64,000 bases of DNA from Candidatus Harrisonbacteria bacterium CG10_big_fil_rev_8_21_14_0_10_40_38 (lineage in GTDB: Bacteria; Patescibacteriota; Minisyncoccia; UBA6257; 1-14-0-10-40-38): assembly GCA_002773535.1 (NCBI GenBank), contig PFAZ01000009.1, positions 34,739 to 98,738 of the forward strand. Direction: 5' to 3'. Under the pieces are notes generated by a model, which was given only the letters and a program-made list of their open reading frames with translations, searched no databases and was not told the origin of the DNA. Position numbers and translations under genes: made by a program. Of this stretch, positions 9,076 to 19,687 are shown piece after piece. Position 1 is the first letter of the stretch. Each line of letters begins with the position of its first letter.

Positions 9076-11217
9076 ATGGCGAAGAGAAATAAAAAAGAGG
9101 AAGAAGAGGAAGAGGGCGAAGGCTTTTTATCACAAATAAAAACGGAGACAAAAAAGAGTGTAAGCGCGGTACTGCTTATTGCTGTGTCTGCTCTGCTTGT
9201 TTTGGCGAGTATCGAAAAAGCGGGTCCTGTGGGTGATGCGATTTTTTCCGGTTTTTCAAAAGTTTTTGGAATTGGATACTACTTAATACCAATTGCATGT
9301 TTTGCAGTTGGTGTTTTGTTTTTATCTACTCTTGAGAAGAGGTTTTTTTCAGCTTCGTTTATTGGAGCGGGGTCATTTATTCTTTTAGTTTTGGGACTTA
9401 TTGATATATTTGCGCCGAGTAAGGGAGGTTGGCTTGGAAATGTAGTTGGTTCGCTTGAAACTCCTTTTGGGGTGATAGCGGCGACGATTATTATAATGGC
9501 GCTTGCCCTTGCAGCATTTCTTCTTACATTTAATGTTTCTGTTAAATTGCCAAAACTATCACTCGGGAGAGAGGACGTAGTAGAAGAGGAGGAGGAAAGC
9601 GAGGAAGAGGATAATGACGAAGAAGGAGATATTGAAGAGGAAGGGGAAGAGGAGGAGGAAAGCGAGGAAGAGGATAATGACGAAGAAGGAGAGTCAGCAC
9701 TGGGGTCAATTAAAAAATTTGTAAAAGGAATGGTCAGTGGTGAGCCAGCTGAAGCGGGTCCAATAAACACTAAGAGAAAGACCTCTATAATAACTTCTGA
9801 AAATTATGTACCGCCGCCTTTTTCTCTTTTAAAATCTACAATTGAAAAGCCTACATCGGGAGACTTGAGGGCAAATGCAAATATTATAAAACGCACATTG
9901 GATAGTTTTGGTATACCGGTTGAAATGGGAGAGATATCAATCGGACCAAAAGTTACGAGATACACCTTAAAGCCAGCCGAAGGAGTAAAGCTTTCGCGAA
10001 TAACTGCTCTTAGCCAAGATCTTGCCCTGGCTCTTGCGGCACATCCGATAAGATTTGAGGCACCGATACCTGGAAAATCATTAGTTGGTGTCGAGGTACC
10101 AAATAAAGCAGCGGCTATTGTAAGACTGGGGAGCCTTATGACATATTCTGATTTTACCGATTCAAGCTCCAAGCCTCTTATGCTTCCTCTGGGAAGAGAT
10201 GTGAGCGGCGAACCGATTTTTATAAACCTTGAGAAAATGCCCCACCTTCTTATAGCTGGATCAACTGGTTCTGGAAAAAGCATCTGCATACATTCGATAA
10301 TAATGTCGCTTTTATATAAAAATTCTCCTGAGCAGTTGCAGCTTATACTAATTGATCCAAAGCGCGTTGAACTTTCTGCTTATGACGGGATTCCTCACCT
10401 TGTCTCACCGGTAATAACAGATGTTAAAAAATCAGTTGGTGTTTTTAGGTGGACTATCTCTGAAATGGATAGAAGATATGACTTGCTTCTTAAAGCCGGC
10501 TCGAGAGATATACGCAGTTATAATGCAGCGCATAAAGACGAGCCCATCCCCTACCTTGTCATGGTGATTGATGAGCTCGCTGATTTGATGGCGAGATATG
10601 GCCGTGAAGTTGAGGGATCTATTGTGAGATTGGCGCAGATGGCAAGAGCGACGGGAATACATCTGATACTCTCAACACAAAGACCGTCGGTTGAGGTAAT
10701 CACCGGTCTTATAAAGGCGAACATAACTGCGAGAATTGCTCTTCAGGTTGCGAGTCAGATTGATTCGAGGACTATCCTTGATACTTCCGGGGCTGAGAAA
10801 CTTTTGGGCGGAGGCGACCTTCTTTTCATTTCGTCTGATTACAGCAAACCAAAGAGAGTTCAGGGCGCTTATATTTCAGAAGAAGAAATAAAATCCGTAA
10901 CTGATTTTATTGTCGAGAATAATCCGACACAAAGAGAGGAATCAATTGATGGAGAAATAGAGGAAGCAACAGAAGATTCTTCACCTGATATTTTTAGCGA
11001 CTTTGAGGACAGCGATGATGGTGATGAGCTTTACAATGAAGCTGTGTCTGTAGTGAGAGAAGCACAAAAGGCATCTGCATCTTTTCTACAACGAAGACTA
11101 AAGGTTGGATATGCAAGAGCTGCGCGACTTTTGGACTTAATGGAAGAGAAGGGCGTTATAGGCCCTGGCGAAGGAGCGAAGCCAAGAGAGGTATTTATTG
11201 ATCAGGAAGAACAATAG
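9076..11217 (+). CDS. ftsK: DNA translocase FtsK/SpoIIIE
   Basis: 713 aa. N-terminal TM helices, an acidic linker, Walker A LIAGSTGSGKS, and a gamma-domain winged helix (FLQRRLKVGYARAARLLDLMEEKGV) at the C-terminus. Confidence 0.9.
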   Translation: MAKRNKKEEEEEEGEGFLSQIKTETKKSVSAVLLIAVSALLVLASIEKAGPVGDAIFSGFSKVFGIGYYLIPIACFAVGVLFLSTLEKRFFSASFIGAGSFILLVLGLIDIFAPSKGGWLGNVVGSLETPFGVIAATIIIMALALAAFLLTFNVSVKLPKLSLGREDVVEEEEESEEEDNDEEGDIEEEGEEEEESEEEDNDEEGESALGSIKKFVKGMVSGEPAEAGPINTKRKTSIITSENYVPPPFSLLKSTIEKPTSGDLRANANIIKRTLDSFGIPVEMGEISIGPKVTRYTLKPAEGVKLSRITALSQDLALALAAHPIRFEAPIPGKSLVGVEVPNKAAAIVRLGSLMTYSDFTDSSSKPLMLPLGRDVSGEPIFINLEKMPHLLIAGSTGSGKSICIHSIIMSLLYKNSPEQLQLILIDPKRVELSAYDGIPHLVSPVITDVKKSVGVFRWTISEMDRRYDLLLKAGSRDIRSYNAAHKDEPIPYLVMVIDELADLMARYGREVEGSIVRLAQMARATGIHLILSTQRPSVEVITGLIKANITARIALQVASQIDSRTILDTSGAEKLLGGGDLLFISSDYSKPKRVQGAYISEEEIKSVTDFIVENNPTQREESIDGEIEEATEDSSPDIFSDFEDSDDGDELYNEAVSVVREAQKASASFLQRRLKVGYARAARLLDLMEEKGVIGPGEGAKPREVFIDQEEQ
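9586..9692 (+). repeat. near-perfect tandem duplication (about 45-60 nt unit) encoding an acidic EEEESEEEDNDEEGE linker inside ftsK
   Basis: The unit gaggaggaggaaagcgaggaagaggataatgacgaagaaggaga occurs twice, separated by a short spacer. Confidence 0.7.
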
Positions 11218-11253
11218 TTGCAAAAAACCTTTATTTGACTTACGCTGGGAGCC

Positions 11254-11883
11254 GTGGACACCCTTTTTTTAAAAGACACGCTTAATCAAAGTCTTGAGGC
11301 AAAAGGCCTTACTGTTGAAAAAATTCAGCAACAAACAGGCATAGCCGAGCGTTATGTTGTTGCCTTTTTTGAAGGCAAAAAAGAAGAATTACCACCACTT
11401 CCCTATGTTCGTGGTTATCTTTTTAAAATTGCTTCTGCGCTTGACCTAGATGGTCAAGAATTGTGGAAAAATCACAGCGAAGAATTAACTGTGATGAGAT
11501 CTGGGGCCTTAGATAAGTTGCCCTCGAATAGATATGCGCTTAAAAATGTGAATAAGACATGGTTTGTCGTGGCTGCGCTCGGAGCATTGGTTGTTTTATA
11601 CCTCGTTTTAAATATGAGTAAATTTCTGGGAAAACCCGAGATTTCGATATTAAATCCTGCAGCTGAGACGCTTGTAACGACAACAGGAACAATTACTCTA
11701 TCCGGCAAGATAAGCGCCAATGATTCTTTAACTATTGGCGGAGAGGATGTTTTTGTTGATCAAAATGGTGATTTTTCGACTTCCTATACTCTAGAACCTG
11801 GGCTTAACCGTATAGAATTTACAGTGAAGAGACTTCTGGGAAGTAGGGTTAGTATTGTAAGACAGATAATTTATCAGCCGTAG
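11254..11883 (+). CDS. RodZ-like HTH-domain membrane protein
   Basis: 209 aa. N-terminal XRE-like HTH with LPPLPYVRGYLFKIASALDLD, typical of RodZ, then one TM helix (WFVVAALGALVVLYLVL) and a C-terminal domain. Start is a non-ATG codon per the ORF track. Confidence 0.55.
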   Translation: MDTLFLKDTLNQSLEAKGLTVEKIQQQTGIAERYVVAFFEGKKEELPPLPYVRGYLFKIASALDLDGQELWKNHSEELTVMRSGALDKLPSNRYALKNVNKTWFVVAALGALVVLYLVLNMSKFLGKPEISILNPAAETLVTTTGTITLSGKISANDSLTIGGEDVFVDQNGDFSTSYTLEPGLNRIEFTVKRLLGSRVSIVRQIIYQP

Positions 11884-11922
11884 CGGCTTTTGCCAAATTT
11901 AATACCCTGCTATTATTGTGAT

Positions 11923-12942
11923 ATGACAGCTAAAAAAACAGCAAAAACCACCGAAGTGAAGACCGAACATAAAGACATTGATTCACTTTTGGAAGAGCTT
12001 CAGGGTAAATATGGCGAAGGCGCGATAATGAAACTGGGGGCGGATATGAAGGTTAATGTGGATGTTATCCCAACCGGCTCCTTTTCTCTTGATATTGCGC
12101 TTGGCGTCGGGGGGTTACCAAAGGGAAGAATCGTTGAAATATTTGGACCAGAGAGCTCTGGAAAAACGACCCTTGCGCTGAATGTTGTTGCGCAAGCTCA
12201 AAAACAAGGAGGTAGAGCTGCGTACATAGACGCTGAACACGCGCTTGACCCTGAATATGCATCGAAATTAGGAGTTAAAATAAAAGATCTTTTGATTTCT
12301 CAGCCCGATAATGGAGAAGAAGCGTTGAACATACTAGAGAGTTTGGTGAGGTCTGGAATGATTGATGTTGTCGTTGTTGATTCTGTAGCGGCGCTTACCC
12401 CGAGAGCGGAAATAGAGGGAGAGATGGGAGCACAGTTTATAGGTCTTCAGGCGAGACTCATGAGTCAAGCCCTAAGGAAACTTACAGCAATTGCATCGAG
12501 AAGTAATACGCTGATTATTTTTATAAACCAAATCAGGATGCAGATTGGAATAATGTTCGGAAACCCTGAAACAACACCTGGTGGAAGAGCATTAAAATTT
12601 TATTCATCAGTAAGGATTGATATAAGGAGAATTGCTCAAATTAAAAAAGGGGAAGATGTTGTAGGAAACAGAGTTAAGGCAAAAGTTGTTAAGAATAAGG
12701 TGGCGGCACCGTTTAAAATATCTGAATTTGATATCACATATGGTGAAGGAATTTCGTATGTTGGAGATATTGTAAATACTGCGCTTAAGTACGGCATTGT
12801 AACAAAGACAGCATCTACCTATTCGTTTGAAGGGCAAAAGCTTGGGGTCGGCATTGAGAATGTTAAGTCGAAGCTAGCCGAAGAAGCCAAGCTTTTGGAG
12901 GATATTAGAAAGAAAACTCATACAGCCGCACATACACGTTGA
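11923..12942 (+). CDS. recA: recombinase RecA
   Basis: [13 protein letters not shown] (Walker A), [12 protein letters not shown], and loop L2 region. The ORF track starts at TTG 11890; the first ATG is at 11923. Confidence 0.9.
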   Translation: MTAKKTAKTTEVKTEHKDIDSLLEELQGKYGEGAIMKLGADMKVNVDVIPTGSFSLDIALGVGGLPKGRIVEIFGPESSGKTTLALNVVAQAQKQGGRAAYIDAEHALDPEYASKLGVKIKDLLISQPDNGEEALNILESLVRSGMIDVVVVDSVAALTPRAEIEGEMGAQFIGLQARLMSQALRKLTAIASRSNTLIIFINQIRMQIGIMFGNPETTPGGRALKFYSSVRIDIRRIAQIKKGEDVVGNRVKAKVVKNKVAAPFKISEFDITYGEGISYVGDIVNTALKYGIVTKTASTYSFEGQKLGVGIENVKSKLAEEAKLLEDIRKKTHTAAHTR

Positions 12943-13029
12943 CAGACCCGATGAATTTGTTATTATTGGAGTTAATGGGTCGCTCTTTCAGGCGACCTTC
13001 AGTTTTATCTAATCTACGCACTAAAAACA

Positions 13030-14256
13030 ATGATGGATTTAAAAAATATTAGGAGAGCTGTTGAGCAGATAGCCGATGAAAAAGGGATTGATTCGTCTAC
13101 TATTATTGAAGCAATAGAGACATCGATAGCGGCGGCTTATAAAAAAGAATATGAAAAAAGAGGTGAGGTTATTAAGGCGCAAATAGATATGAAAACAGGT
13201 GCCTTAAAATTTTGGCAGGTGAAAACGGTTGTTGATGACACCACGGTAAGAATCGTGTCGAAGGAAGACGAAGAAACAGAAGCCAGCCCAGAACAAGAAA
13301 GTGAAGGAGAATTTTTGCCAAGATATAACCCAGATCGACATATCTTATTAGACGAGACTAGGGAAATTAAAAAAGACGCCGAACTTGGAGAAGAATTAAC
13401 CTTTCCTCTTGAAACACATGAAACGTTTGGTAGAATTGCCGCGCAAACGGCAAAACAAGTTGTTCTCCAAAAGTTAAGAGAGGCTGAAAGAGAGTCTATA
13501 ATGCGTGATTTTAAAGGAAAAGAAGGAGACATAGTAAGCGGTGTGATACAGAGATTTGAAAGAGGAAATATTTATGTAGATTTAGGAAGAGCTATTGGAG
13601 TAATGTTTCAGAGTGAATCGATACCGGGTGAGCATTATAGAGCTGGTGACAGGATGAGGTTTTTTATCTTAGCGATTCAAGAAGAGAGTAGGTTGCCGGG
13701 AATTGTACTTTCAAGGGGACATCAGAAATTTGTAAGCAAACTTTTTGCATTAGAGGTACCAGAGATTACTGATGGTATAGTTCAGATAAACGCGATTGCG
13801 CGTGAGGCCGGAAGTAGATCAAAGATAGCAGTATCATCGACTATGGATGGAGTAGATCCTGTTGGCGCATGCGTTGGACAGAGAGGAACAAGGGTTATGA
13901 CGGTATCAAATGAATTGAGTCAGGAAAAAATAGATATAATCCAGTGGTCTGAAGACCCGGCAGTGTTTATTTCAAATTCATTATCCCCCGCAAAAGTAAA
14001 AGACATAGAAATACTTCCGAGACGCGAAGCAAAAGTTTTTGTTGACGATGATCAATTGTCACTTGCGATAGGTAAAGGCGGTCAAAATGTTCGCTTGGCG
14101 GCAAAATTAACCGGTTGGAAAATCGACGTAAGATCACAAGCAGAACCGGAAACCGAACAACCTGAAGGTGTTGCTGATTTAACTCAATCAGAAGAACCCT
14201 CAGAAACAAAACCTGAAGATGTAGCAGAAAACAATCAAGCCGCAGAAGGCTCCTGA
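13030..14256 (+). CDS. nusA: transcription termination/antitermination factor NusA
   Basis: 408 aa. NusA N-terminal domain, S1 domain (GDIVSGVIQRFERGNIYVDLG) and two KH domains (GSRSKIAVSS...VGACVGQRGTRV), followed by an acidic tail. Confidence 0.9.
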   Translation: MMDLKNIRRAVEQIADEKGIDSSTIIEAIETSIAAAYKKEYEKRGEVIKAQIDMKTGALKFWQVKTVVDDTTVRIVSKEDEETEASPEQESEGEFLPRYNPDRHILLDETREIKKDAELGEELTFPLETHETFGRIAAQTAKQVVLQKLREAERESIMRDFKGKEGDIVSGVIQRFERGNIYVDLGRAIGVMFQSESIPGEHYRAGDRMRFFILAIQEESRLPGIVLSRGHQKFVSKLFALEVPEITDGIVQINAIAREAGSRSKIAVSSTMDGVDPVGACVGQRGTRVMTVSNELSQEKIDIIQWSEDPAVFISNSLSPAKVKDIEILPRREAKVFVDDDQLSLAIGKGGQNVRLAAKLTGWKIDVRSQAEPETEQPEGVADLTQSEEPSETKPEDVAENNQAAEGS

Positions 14257-14316
14257 TTTGTTCTTCTGCGATATTATTAACTTGGTCGCTAAAAAAGATT
14301 TATTAATTTGAGTCGT

Positions 14317-16323
14317 ATGTTTTACTACCTTATTTTTGCTCCGATTGTTTTTGCGATTCTCTATAGTGTTTACGTGATTTTCTGGCTTAAAAAACAGGAA
14401 AGCGGAGATGCTGAGATGGAATCAATCTCAAAAGCGATCCAGGAAGGTTCGTCCGCGTACCTTACTCGTCAATATCGAACTGTTGGCGCAGTAGCACTTG
14501 TTCTTTTTGTTTTAATTTATTTAACCCTAGATATAACCTCTGCAATCGGTTTTCTGGTTGGAGCGGCGGCTTCTGCTCTTGCGGGATATGTCGGCATGAC
14601 AATAGCTGTAAGAGCAAATTCAAAGACTGCAAAGATGGCGTCGAAAGGTCTTGCACCAGCTTTGAATATTGCTTTTAAGGCGGGGTCTGTTACCGGCTTT
14701 CTGGTTGTGGCGTTAGGTCTTCTATCAGTAGCGGGTTTTTACTTTGCAACACACAGTGATGTGCGAGCTCTGATCGGCCTTAGCTTTGGGGCAAGTCTTA
14801 TTTCGGTATTTGCGAGACTTGGTGGAGGAATTTACACAAAGGCAGCCGACGTAGGAACTGATTTAGTTGGAAAAGTTGAGGCAAACATTCCTGAAGATGA
14901 CCCAAGAAATCCGGGTGTTATCGCAGACAACGTTGGAGACAATGTTGGAGACTGTGCTGGTATGGCGGCGGATTTATTTGAGACATATGCAGTAACTCTT
15001 ACTGCGGCGATGCTTTTGACTTCAGCAGCGGTAAAAGGGGGATATATTGGAGAAAACGCATTACTTCTTCCTCTGGTTTTGGGAGGACTTGCGATTATCG
15101 CCTCTTTAATAGGAGTTGTTTTTGTGAGGCTTGGAAAAAAGAAAAATATAATGGGCGCTCTATATAAGGGACTCATTGCATCTGTTGCGGCTTCGGCAAT
15201 TTTGTTTTACTGGGGAATTAGAAACCTAAACCTCGAAGGTGGTTATCGCCTTTTCTGGGCTTCGATAGTTGGTCTTGTTGTGACAATACTTATGGTTGTT
15301 GCGACTGACTACTACACATCAAAGAAATATAGACCTGTAAAATCTATTGCGAAAGCTTCGGAGTCTGGTCACGGGACAAATATTATAATGGGTCTCGCTG
15401 TAAGCCAGGAAGCGACTTTGATACCAACACTTATTATCGCAGTTGGGATTCTTGCAAGTTATATGATTGCCGGATTACTTGGGATATCCGTTGCTGCAGT
15501 GGCAATGCTTTCAGTGGCAGGAATTATTGTGGCTATTGATTCGTTTGGTCCGATAACAGATAATGCAGGAGGAATAGCAGAGATGTCTAATGCTCCGGAG
15601 GAAGTGCGATCAATAACTGATTCACTTGATTCTGTTGGAAACACAACGAAAGCTGTTACAAAAGGTTATGCCATTGCATCGGCCGGGCTTGCAGCTCTTG
15701 TGTTGTTTGCCGGGTACGCGGAAGAACTATTTGTTCATCGAAGTAGCTCGGAGACATTTTCCGGATTTATTTCCTTTGACCTTCAAGATCCGAGAGTTTT
15801 GATTGGGCTCTTTCTCGGAGGCGCTATCCCCTACTTCTTCTCATCATTTGCTATGAGGGCTGTTGGCAAGGCGGCTGGAGCGGTTGTTGAAGAAGTTCGA
15901 AGGCAATTTAGAGAGATTCCGGGTATTCTTGATCGAACAGCAAAACCCGACTACGGAAGAGCAGTTGATATTGTAACCAAGGCGGCGCTTAAGAAAATGA
16001 TTCTGCCTGCGATTATTCCTATTGTTTCGGTTTTGTTTGTGGGATTAATACTTGGCGCAGAAGCGCTTGGAGGATTTCTTATTGGCTCGATTATTTCCGG
16101 ACTTTTCATAGCGCTATCTATGACAACCGGAGGAGCCGCGTGGGACAACGCAAAGAAATATATTGAAGACGGACATTTTGGAGGAAAAGGATCTGAAGCT
16201 CATAAAGCTGCAGTTACAGGAGACACTGTTGGTGATCCTTACAAGGACACTGCGGGGCCTGCCATTAACCCTCTAATTAAAGTAATCAATATTGTTGCAC
16301 TACTCATTGTTCCATTCTTGTAG
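14317..16323 (+). CDS. hppA: membrane-bound proton/sodium-translocating pyrophosphatase (H+-PPase)
   Basis: About 668 aa polytopic protein with [20 protein letters not shown] and [21 protein letters not shown] motifs. The ORF track starts at TTG 14308; the first ATG is at 14317. Confidence 0.9.
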   Translation: MFYYLIFAPIVFAILYSVYVIFWLKKQESGDAEMESISKAIQEGSSAYLTRQYRTVGAVALVLFVLIYLTLDITSAIGFLVGAAASALAGYVGMTIAVRANSKTAKMASKGLAPALNIAFKAGSVTGFLVVALGLLSVAGFYFATHSDVRALIGLSFGASLISVFARLGGGIYTKAADVGTDLVGKVEANIPEDDPRNPGVIADNVGDNVGDCAGMAADLFETYAVTLTAAMLLTSAAVKGGYIGENALLLPLVLGGLAIIASLIGVVFVRLGKKKNIMGALYKGLIASVAASAILFYWGIRNLNLEGGYRLFWASIVGLVVTILMVVATDYYTSKKYRPVKSIAKASESGHGTNIIMGLAVSQEATLIPTLIIAVGILASYMIAGLLGISVAAVAMLSVAGIIVAIDSFGPITDNAGGIAEMSNAPEEVRSITDSLDSVGNTTKAVTKGYAIASAGLAALVLFAGYAEELFVHRSSSETFSGFISFDLQDPRVLIGLFLGGAIPYFFSSFAMRAVGKAAGAVVEEVRRQFREIPGILDRTAKPDYGRAVDIVTKAALKKMILPAIIPIVSVLFVGLILGAEALGGFLIGSIISGLFIALSMTTGGAAWDNAKKYIEDGHFGGKGSEAHKAAVTGDTVGDPYKDTAGPAINPLIKVINIVALLIVPFL

Positions 16324-16346
16324 AAAACAAATTCTTGTAATAATAA

Positions 16347-16378
16347 ATCCCCTTCACTTGTGAAAGGGGATTTTTTAT
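16347..16378 (+). terminator. rho-independent terminator after hppA
   Basis: Hairpin ATCCCCTTCAC-TTG-TGAAAGGGGAT followed by TTTTTT. Confidence 0.75.
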
Positions 16379-16379
16379 T

Positions 16380-16660
16380 AGTTTTTTCGTGCTTGAAAGG
16401 AAGATAATTTTTGTATAGTATTTATTTGTGATTCCCAAACGGTGGGAATGTGCGCCCGTTCTTTTACCGGCTTCCCAAGAAAGGGGAACCAAAGATATGA
16501 ATGTGAGAAGGAACCTCAAGTCGGCGATGCCGAACACGTCAAACGACGGCCCGACGGCGAGCTAGAACCTTTGTTATAGGCTTGAACTCGTCAAATGCGC
16601 ACAACCTCGCTTCCAGAAAACTTCTGGAGCGGGGCTTCTTTTTTTATTTAGGTTAATTTG
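16380..16660. other. GC-enriched, structured intergenic segment: candidate ncRNA of unknown class
   Basis: About 280 nt between the hppA terminator and a terminal hairpin plus T-run (CTTCCAGAAAAC TTCTGGAG ... TTTTTTT at about 16610-16650). GC is visibly higher than in the flanks. No protein ORF over 60 aa on the plus strand. Strand and class undetermined. Confidence 0.3.
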
Positions 16661-16674
16661 ATACTCTTTCTTGT

Positions 16675-17430
16675 ATGATAATCCACTTATACGGAACTGA
16701 TTCTTATAGAATAAAAGAAAAAACTGATGATATTATATCGGAATTTATTAAAAGATATCCAAACTCTTTTCCGAATAAATATTCTTTTTCTGATAAAAAT
16801 TCTCTGGATCTTTTGAAAACTTTTGTTGAATCGCAGTCACTTTTTAATGAGTCACGAATAGCTGTTTTTGATTCCGGAGAGGAGGCGCCTAAAGAAGTGG
16901 CTCCGATTTTAAAATCTATTTTAGTCAATAAGGCGAGGGTTTTGATTTTGATTTCGCAGAAGAAAATGGTTTCACCATTTACTTTTCTTTACCGTGATCC
17001 TGTTGTGTCTCAAACATTTAAACCGCTTTCTGGGGCTGAGCTTTTGGCTTTTGTATCAAAGACGGCAAAACAGAGAGGCGTTGCTCTTACGCCTTCTGCG
17101 CAACGAGATATTGCAGAGTCTTATTTGGGAGACAGTTGGGGTATTGCAACAGAGCTAGATAAGATTGCCTTGGGTGGAAAATTTTCCAAAAAAAATATTT
17201 TAGGAGATTTTTTTCCTCTTGTACAAACCGTGGCGGGAGGACAAGATTCGTTAAATAGAGTTAGGGCTTTGACTCTACTACTAGCAGATGACGATCCTGC
17301 GAAAATATTTAATATAACAGCTGTTTTAGTTAGAGCGCCTTTTAAGCCAAGAATGGCTGATTATGATGTAGCAATAAAATCAGGAAAGCTTGAGTATGCA
17401 GAGACTCTCCTTGATTTCGTTCTTTCGTAA
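16675..17430 (+). CDS. holA: DNA polymerase III delta subunit-like protein (HolA-like)
   Basis: 251 aa. N-terminus IIHLYGTDSYRIKEKTDDIISEF resembles the HolA N-terminal domain. It lies divergent to rpsT, as in the conserved holA-rpsT arrangement. Motif-level match only. Confidence 0.5.
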   Translation: MIIHLYGTDSYRIKEKTDDIISEFIKRYPNSFPNKYSFSDKNSLDLLKTFVESQSLFNESRIAVFDSGEEAPKEVAPILKSILVNKARVLILISQKKMVSPFTFLYRDPVVSQTFKPLSGAELLAFVSKTAKQRGVALTPSAQRDIAESYLGDSWGIATELDKIALGGKFSKKNILGDFFPLVQTVAGGQDSLNRVRALTLLLADDDPAKIFNITAVLVRAPFKPRMADYDVAIKSGKLEYAETLLDFVLS

Positions 17431-17437
17431 AAAAGAA

Positions 17438-17677
17438 TTATTTTTTTGCGCCTAGTTTTGCGAGGCCAGATTTAAGCCTTGCGGCTTTATTGCGAGTTAA
17501 AATATTCGCTTTAGCTGCTTTGTCGATTTTTTTGTAAGCAGAGGATAAAAGCTCCTTGTTTGGAGATTTTTTGTAATTTTTTACCGTTTCCTTAATGACT
17601 CTCATTTTGGCGAGGTTCGCACTTCGCCTTCGCTTATTCTGCCTAAGAGCCTTTTTTGCCGATGTTGTTTGTGGCAT
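17438..17677 (-). CDS. rpsT: 30S ribosomal protein S20
   Basis: 79 aa. MPQTTSAKKALRQNKRRRSANLAKMRV... is the typical S20 sequence. Confidence 0.9.
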   Translation of the reverse strand: MPQTTSAKKALRQNKRRRSANLAKMRVIKETVKNYKKSPNKELLSSAYKKIDKAAKANILTRNKAARLKSGLAKLGAKK

Positions 17678-17769
17678 ATATGTGCCATATACACTAACCT
17701 ATTTGCCTTTTCTTTGCAAGACCCCCGATGGGTTTGCCTTTTTTATTTTTACCCTGCTATCATTAGCAT

Positions 17770-18108
17770 ATGTTTGACGATAAACAAATCAGCTTTTATA
17801 AGGAAAGACTAGAGTCAAAAATGAAGGATTTAAAGGAGCAGATTGAATCCCTAAAAACCGTTCCCGACTTTGGAAGCGATGTTGACCATTTTGAAGAGGA
17901 AGCAGAAGAGGCAGAGGCTTTTAGCGGAAACCTTGGGGTCTCAAGCGCCTTAAATGAAAGACTTCTAAACATACAACGCGCTCTTGATAAAATTGATGCC
18001 GGCACATATGGAAAGTGTGAGGAGTGCGGAGGCGAAATAGAAAAAGAGGTGCTTGATGTTGATCCGGAATCAAGACTTTGCAGGGAGTGTAAATTAAAAG
18101 CGAATTAG
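17770..18108 (+). CDS. DksA/TraR-family C4-type zinc-finger protein
   Basis: 112 aa. Coiled-coil N-terminus. C-terminus CEECGGEIEKEVLDVDPESRLCRECK has the CxxC-N17-CxxC pattern. Confidence 0.75.
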   Translation: MFDDKQISFYKERLESKMKDLKEQIESLKTVPDFGSDVDHFEEEAEEAEAFSGNLGVSSALNERLLNIQRALDKIDAGTYGKCEECGGEIEKEVLDVDPESRLCRECKLKAN

Positions 18109-18120
18109 TAAATTTAAAAA

Positions 18121-19668
18121 ATGCCTTCAAGTAAGACTGCCAAAGTTTTTTCTGCGGAGCTTGAGGGAATAGAATCTAAACTTATCGAAGTGGAGACCGA
18201 TATAAATGTCGGTCTTCATTCTTTTACGATTGTAGGATTGGCTGATAAGGCATTGTCGGAAGCAAAAGAGAGAGTTAACTCTGCCTTAAAAAATATCGGC
18301 GTTAAACCGCCATCAAAAGAAAACAGACGGATTGTAGTAAATCTTGCGCCTGCAGATTTTAAAAAAACCGGATCTCATTATGACCTACCGATAGCTGTTG
18401 GGTATCTTCTTGCAACCGGACAGATGCTTTCGGAAAATATGGATGATGCGATATTTGTCGGAGAGCTTGCTCTAGATGGAAGACTTCGTCCTGTAAATGG
18501 AGTGCTTAGCATTGCTGGGCTCGCAAAAAAATTATCAAAGACTCTTTATGTGCCACAAGAAAATGCATCCGAGGCCTCTATAGTTTCGGGAATTACTGTT
18601 GTACCTATTCCAGATTTAAAATCTCTTATTGATCACGTTGAAAGAAGAGATAAAATACAACCGCACCCTCACACAGTTCCTTCTTTTCCTGAGTCGAGTT
18701 TAGATATTGATATTTCAGAAATCAAAGGACAAGAACATGCTAAGCGCGCTTTGATTATCGCAGCGTCGGGTGGACACAATTTACTCATGGTCGGACCGCC
18801 GGGAACTGGTAAATCAATGTTAGCGCAGGCTCTTATCTCGATACTGCCGCCGCTTTCACACGAAGAGATAATAGAGACAACAAAAATTTATAGCGCGGCT
18901 GGTCTTTTAGGCGGACAGCCATTTATTGGCAGAAGACCATTTAGAACACCTCATCAATCAGCCTCTCTCCCTGCAGTTGTTGGCGGTGGCCAATCTCCAA
19001 AACCTGGAGAAGTGAGTCTTGCTCATAGAGGAATATTGTTTTTAGATGAATTGCCTGAATTTAGACGTGATGTGCTTGAGGCATTGAGACAACCCATTGA
19101 AAATGGCAGAGCCAATATATCGAGAGTTAAGGGCACTCTTTCGTTGCCTGCAAAATTTACTTTAATAGCCGCTATGAACCCTTGCCCATGTGGTTACTGG
19201 GGAGATCCTGATACAGAATGTAATTGCGCCGCAACAGATATAACCAGATACCAAAGAAGACTTTCTGGTCCTCTGCTCGATAGAATAGATTTACAAATTC
19301 ATGTTCCGCGCGTGCCGCTTGAGAAACTTCGCTCAATAAATATTAATCCCCAAGAATCACATGTTTTTAAATCGAGTGTGATTAGCGCAAGAAAAAGACA
19401 ATCTGAAAGACTTAAAAAAATTCATAAAATAACAAATGCGGAATTATCCTCAAAGGAATGTGATTCGATGATACAACTCGAAAATGGAGTTGGTGAATTC
19501 CTGACTAAAGCATCCGATAAGTTAAAACTTTCAGCGAGAGCGTATTATAGAACTCTTAAAGTAGCACAAACAATTGCTGATATAGAAAATTCTGATACGG
19601 TGTCACAAGCTCATATCGCTGAAGCCTTTAGTTATAAACTAAAAGAGCACGAATTAGGTGCTCTTTAA
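18121..19668 (+). CDS. YifB/ComM-family Mg-chelatase-like AAA+ ATPase
   Basis: 515 aa. Lon-like N-terminal domain (FTIVGLADKALSEAKERV), Walker A GPPGTGKS, and ChlI-type C-terminus. Confidence 0.85.
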   Translation: MPSSKTAKVFSAELEGIESKLIEVETDINVGLHSFTIVGLADKALSEAKERVNSALKNIGVKPPSKENRRIVVNLAPADFKKTGSHYDLPIAVGYLLATGQMLSENMDDAIFVGELALDGRLRPVNGVLSIAGLAKKLSKTLYVPQENASEASIVSGITVVPIPDLKSLIDHVERRDKIQPHPHTVPSFPESSLDIDISEIKGQEHAKRALIIAASGGHNLLMVGPPGTGKSMLAQALISILPPLSHEEIIETTKIYSAAGLLGGQPFIGRRPFRTPHQSASLPAVVGGGQSPKPGEVSLAHRGILFLDELPEFRRDVLEALRQPIENGRANISRVKGTLSLPAKFTLIAAMNPCPCGYWGDPDTECNCAATDITRYQRRLSGPLLDRIDLQIHVPRVPLEKLRSININPQESHVFKSSVISARKRQSERLKKIHKITNAELSSKECDSMIQLENGVGEFLTKASDKLKLSARAYYRTLKVAQTIADIENSDTVSQAHIAEAFSYKLKEHELGAL

Positions 19669-19687
19669 GTATTTATCTTTTTTTTAT

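Noticed and set aside
9279-9770. 163-aa Ser-rich minus-strand ORF
   Set aside because: It is an antisense frame of the GAG/GAA-rich acidic repeat inside ftsK.
16304-16537. 77-aa minus-strand ORF in the hppA-holA intergenic region
   Set aside because: It overlaps the hppA terminator and the GC-rich candidate ncRNA. No RBS or conservation signal. More likely non-coding.
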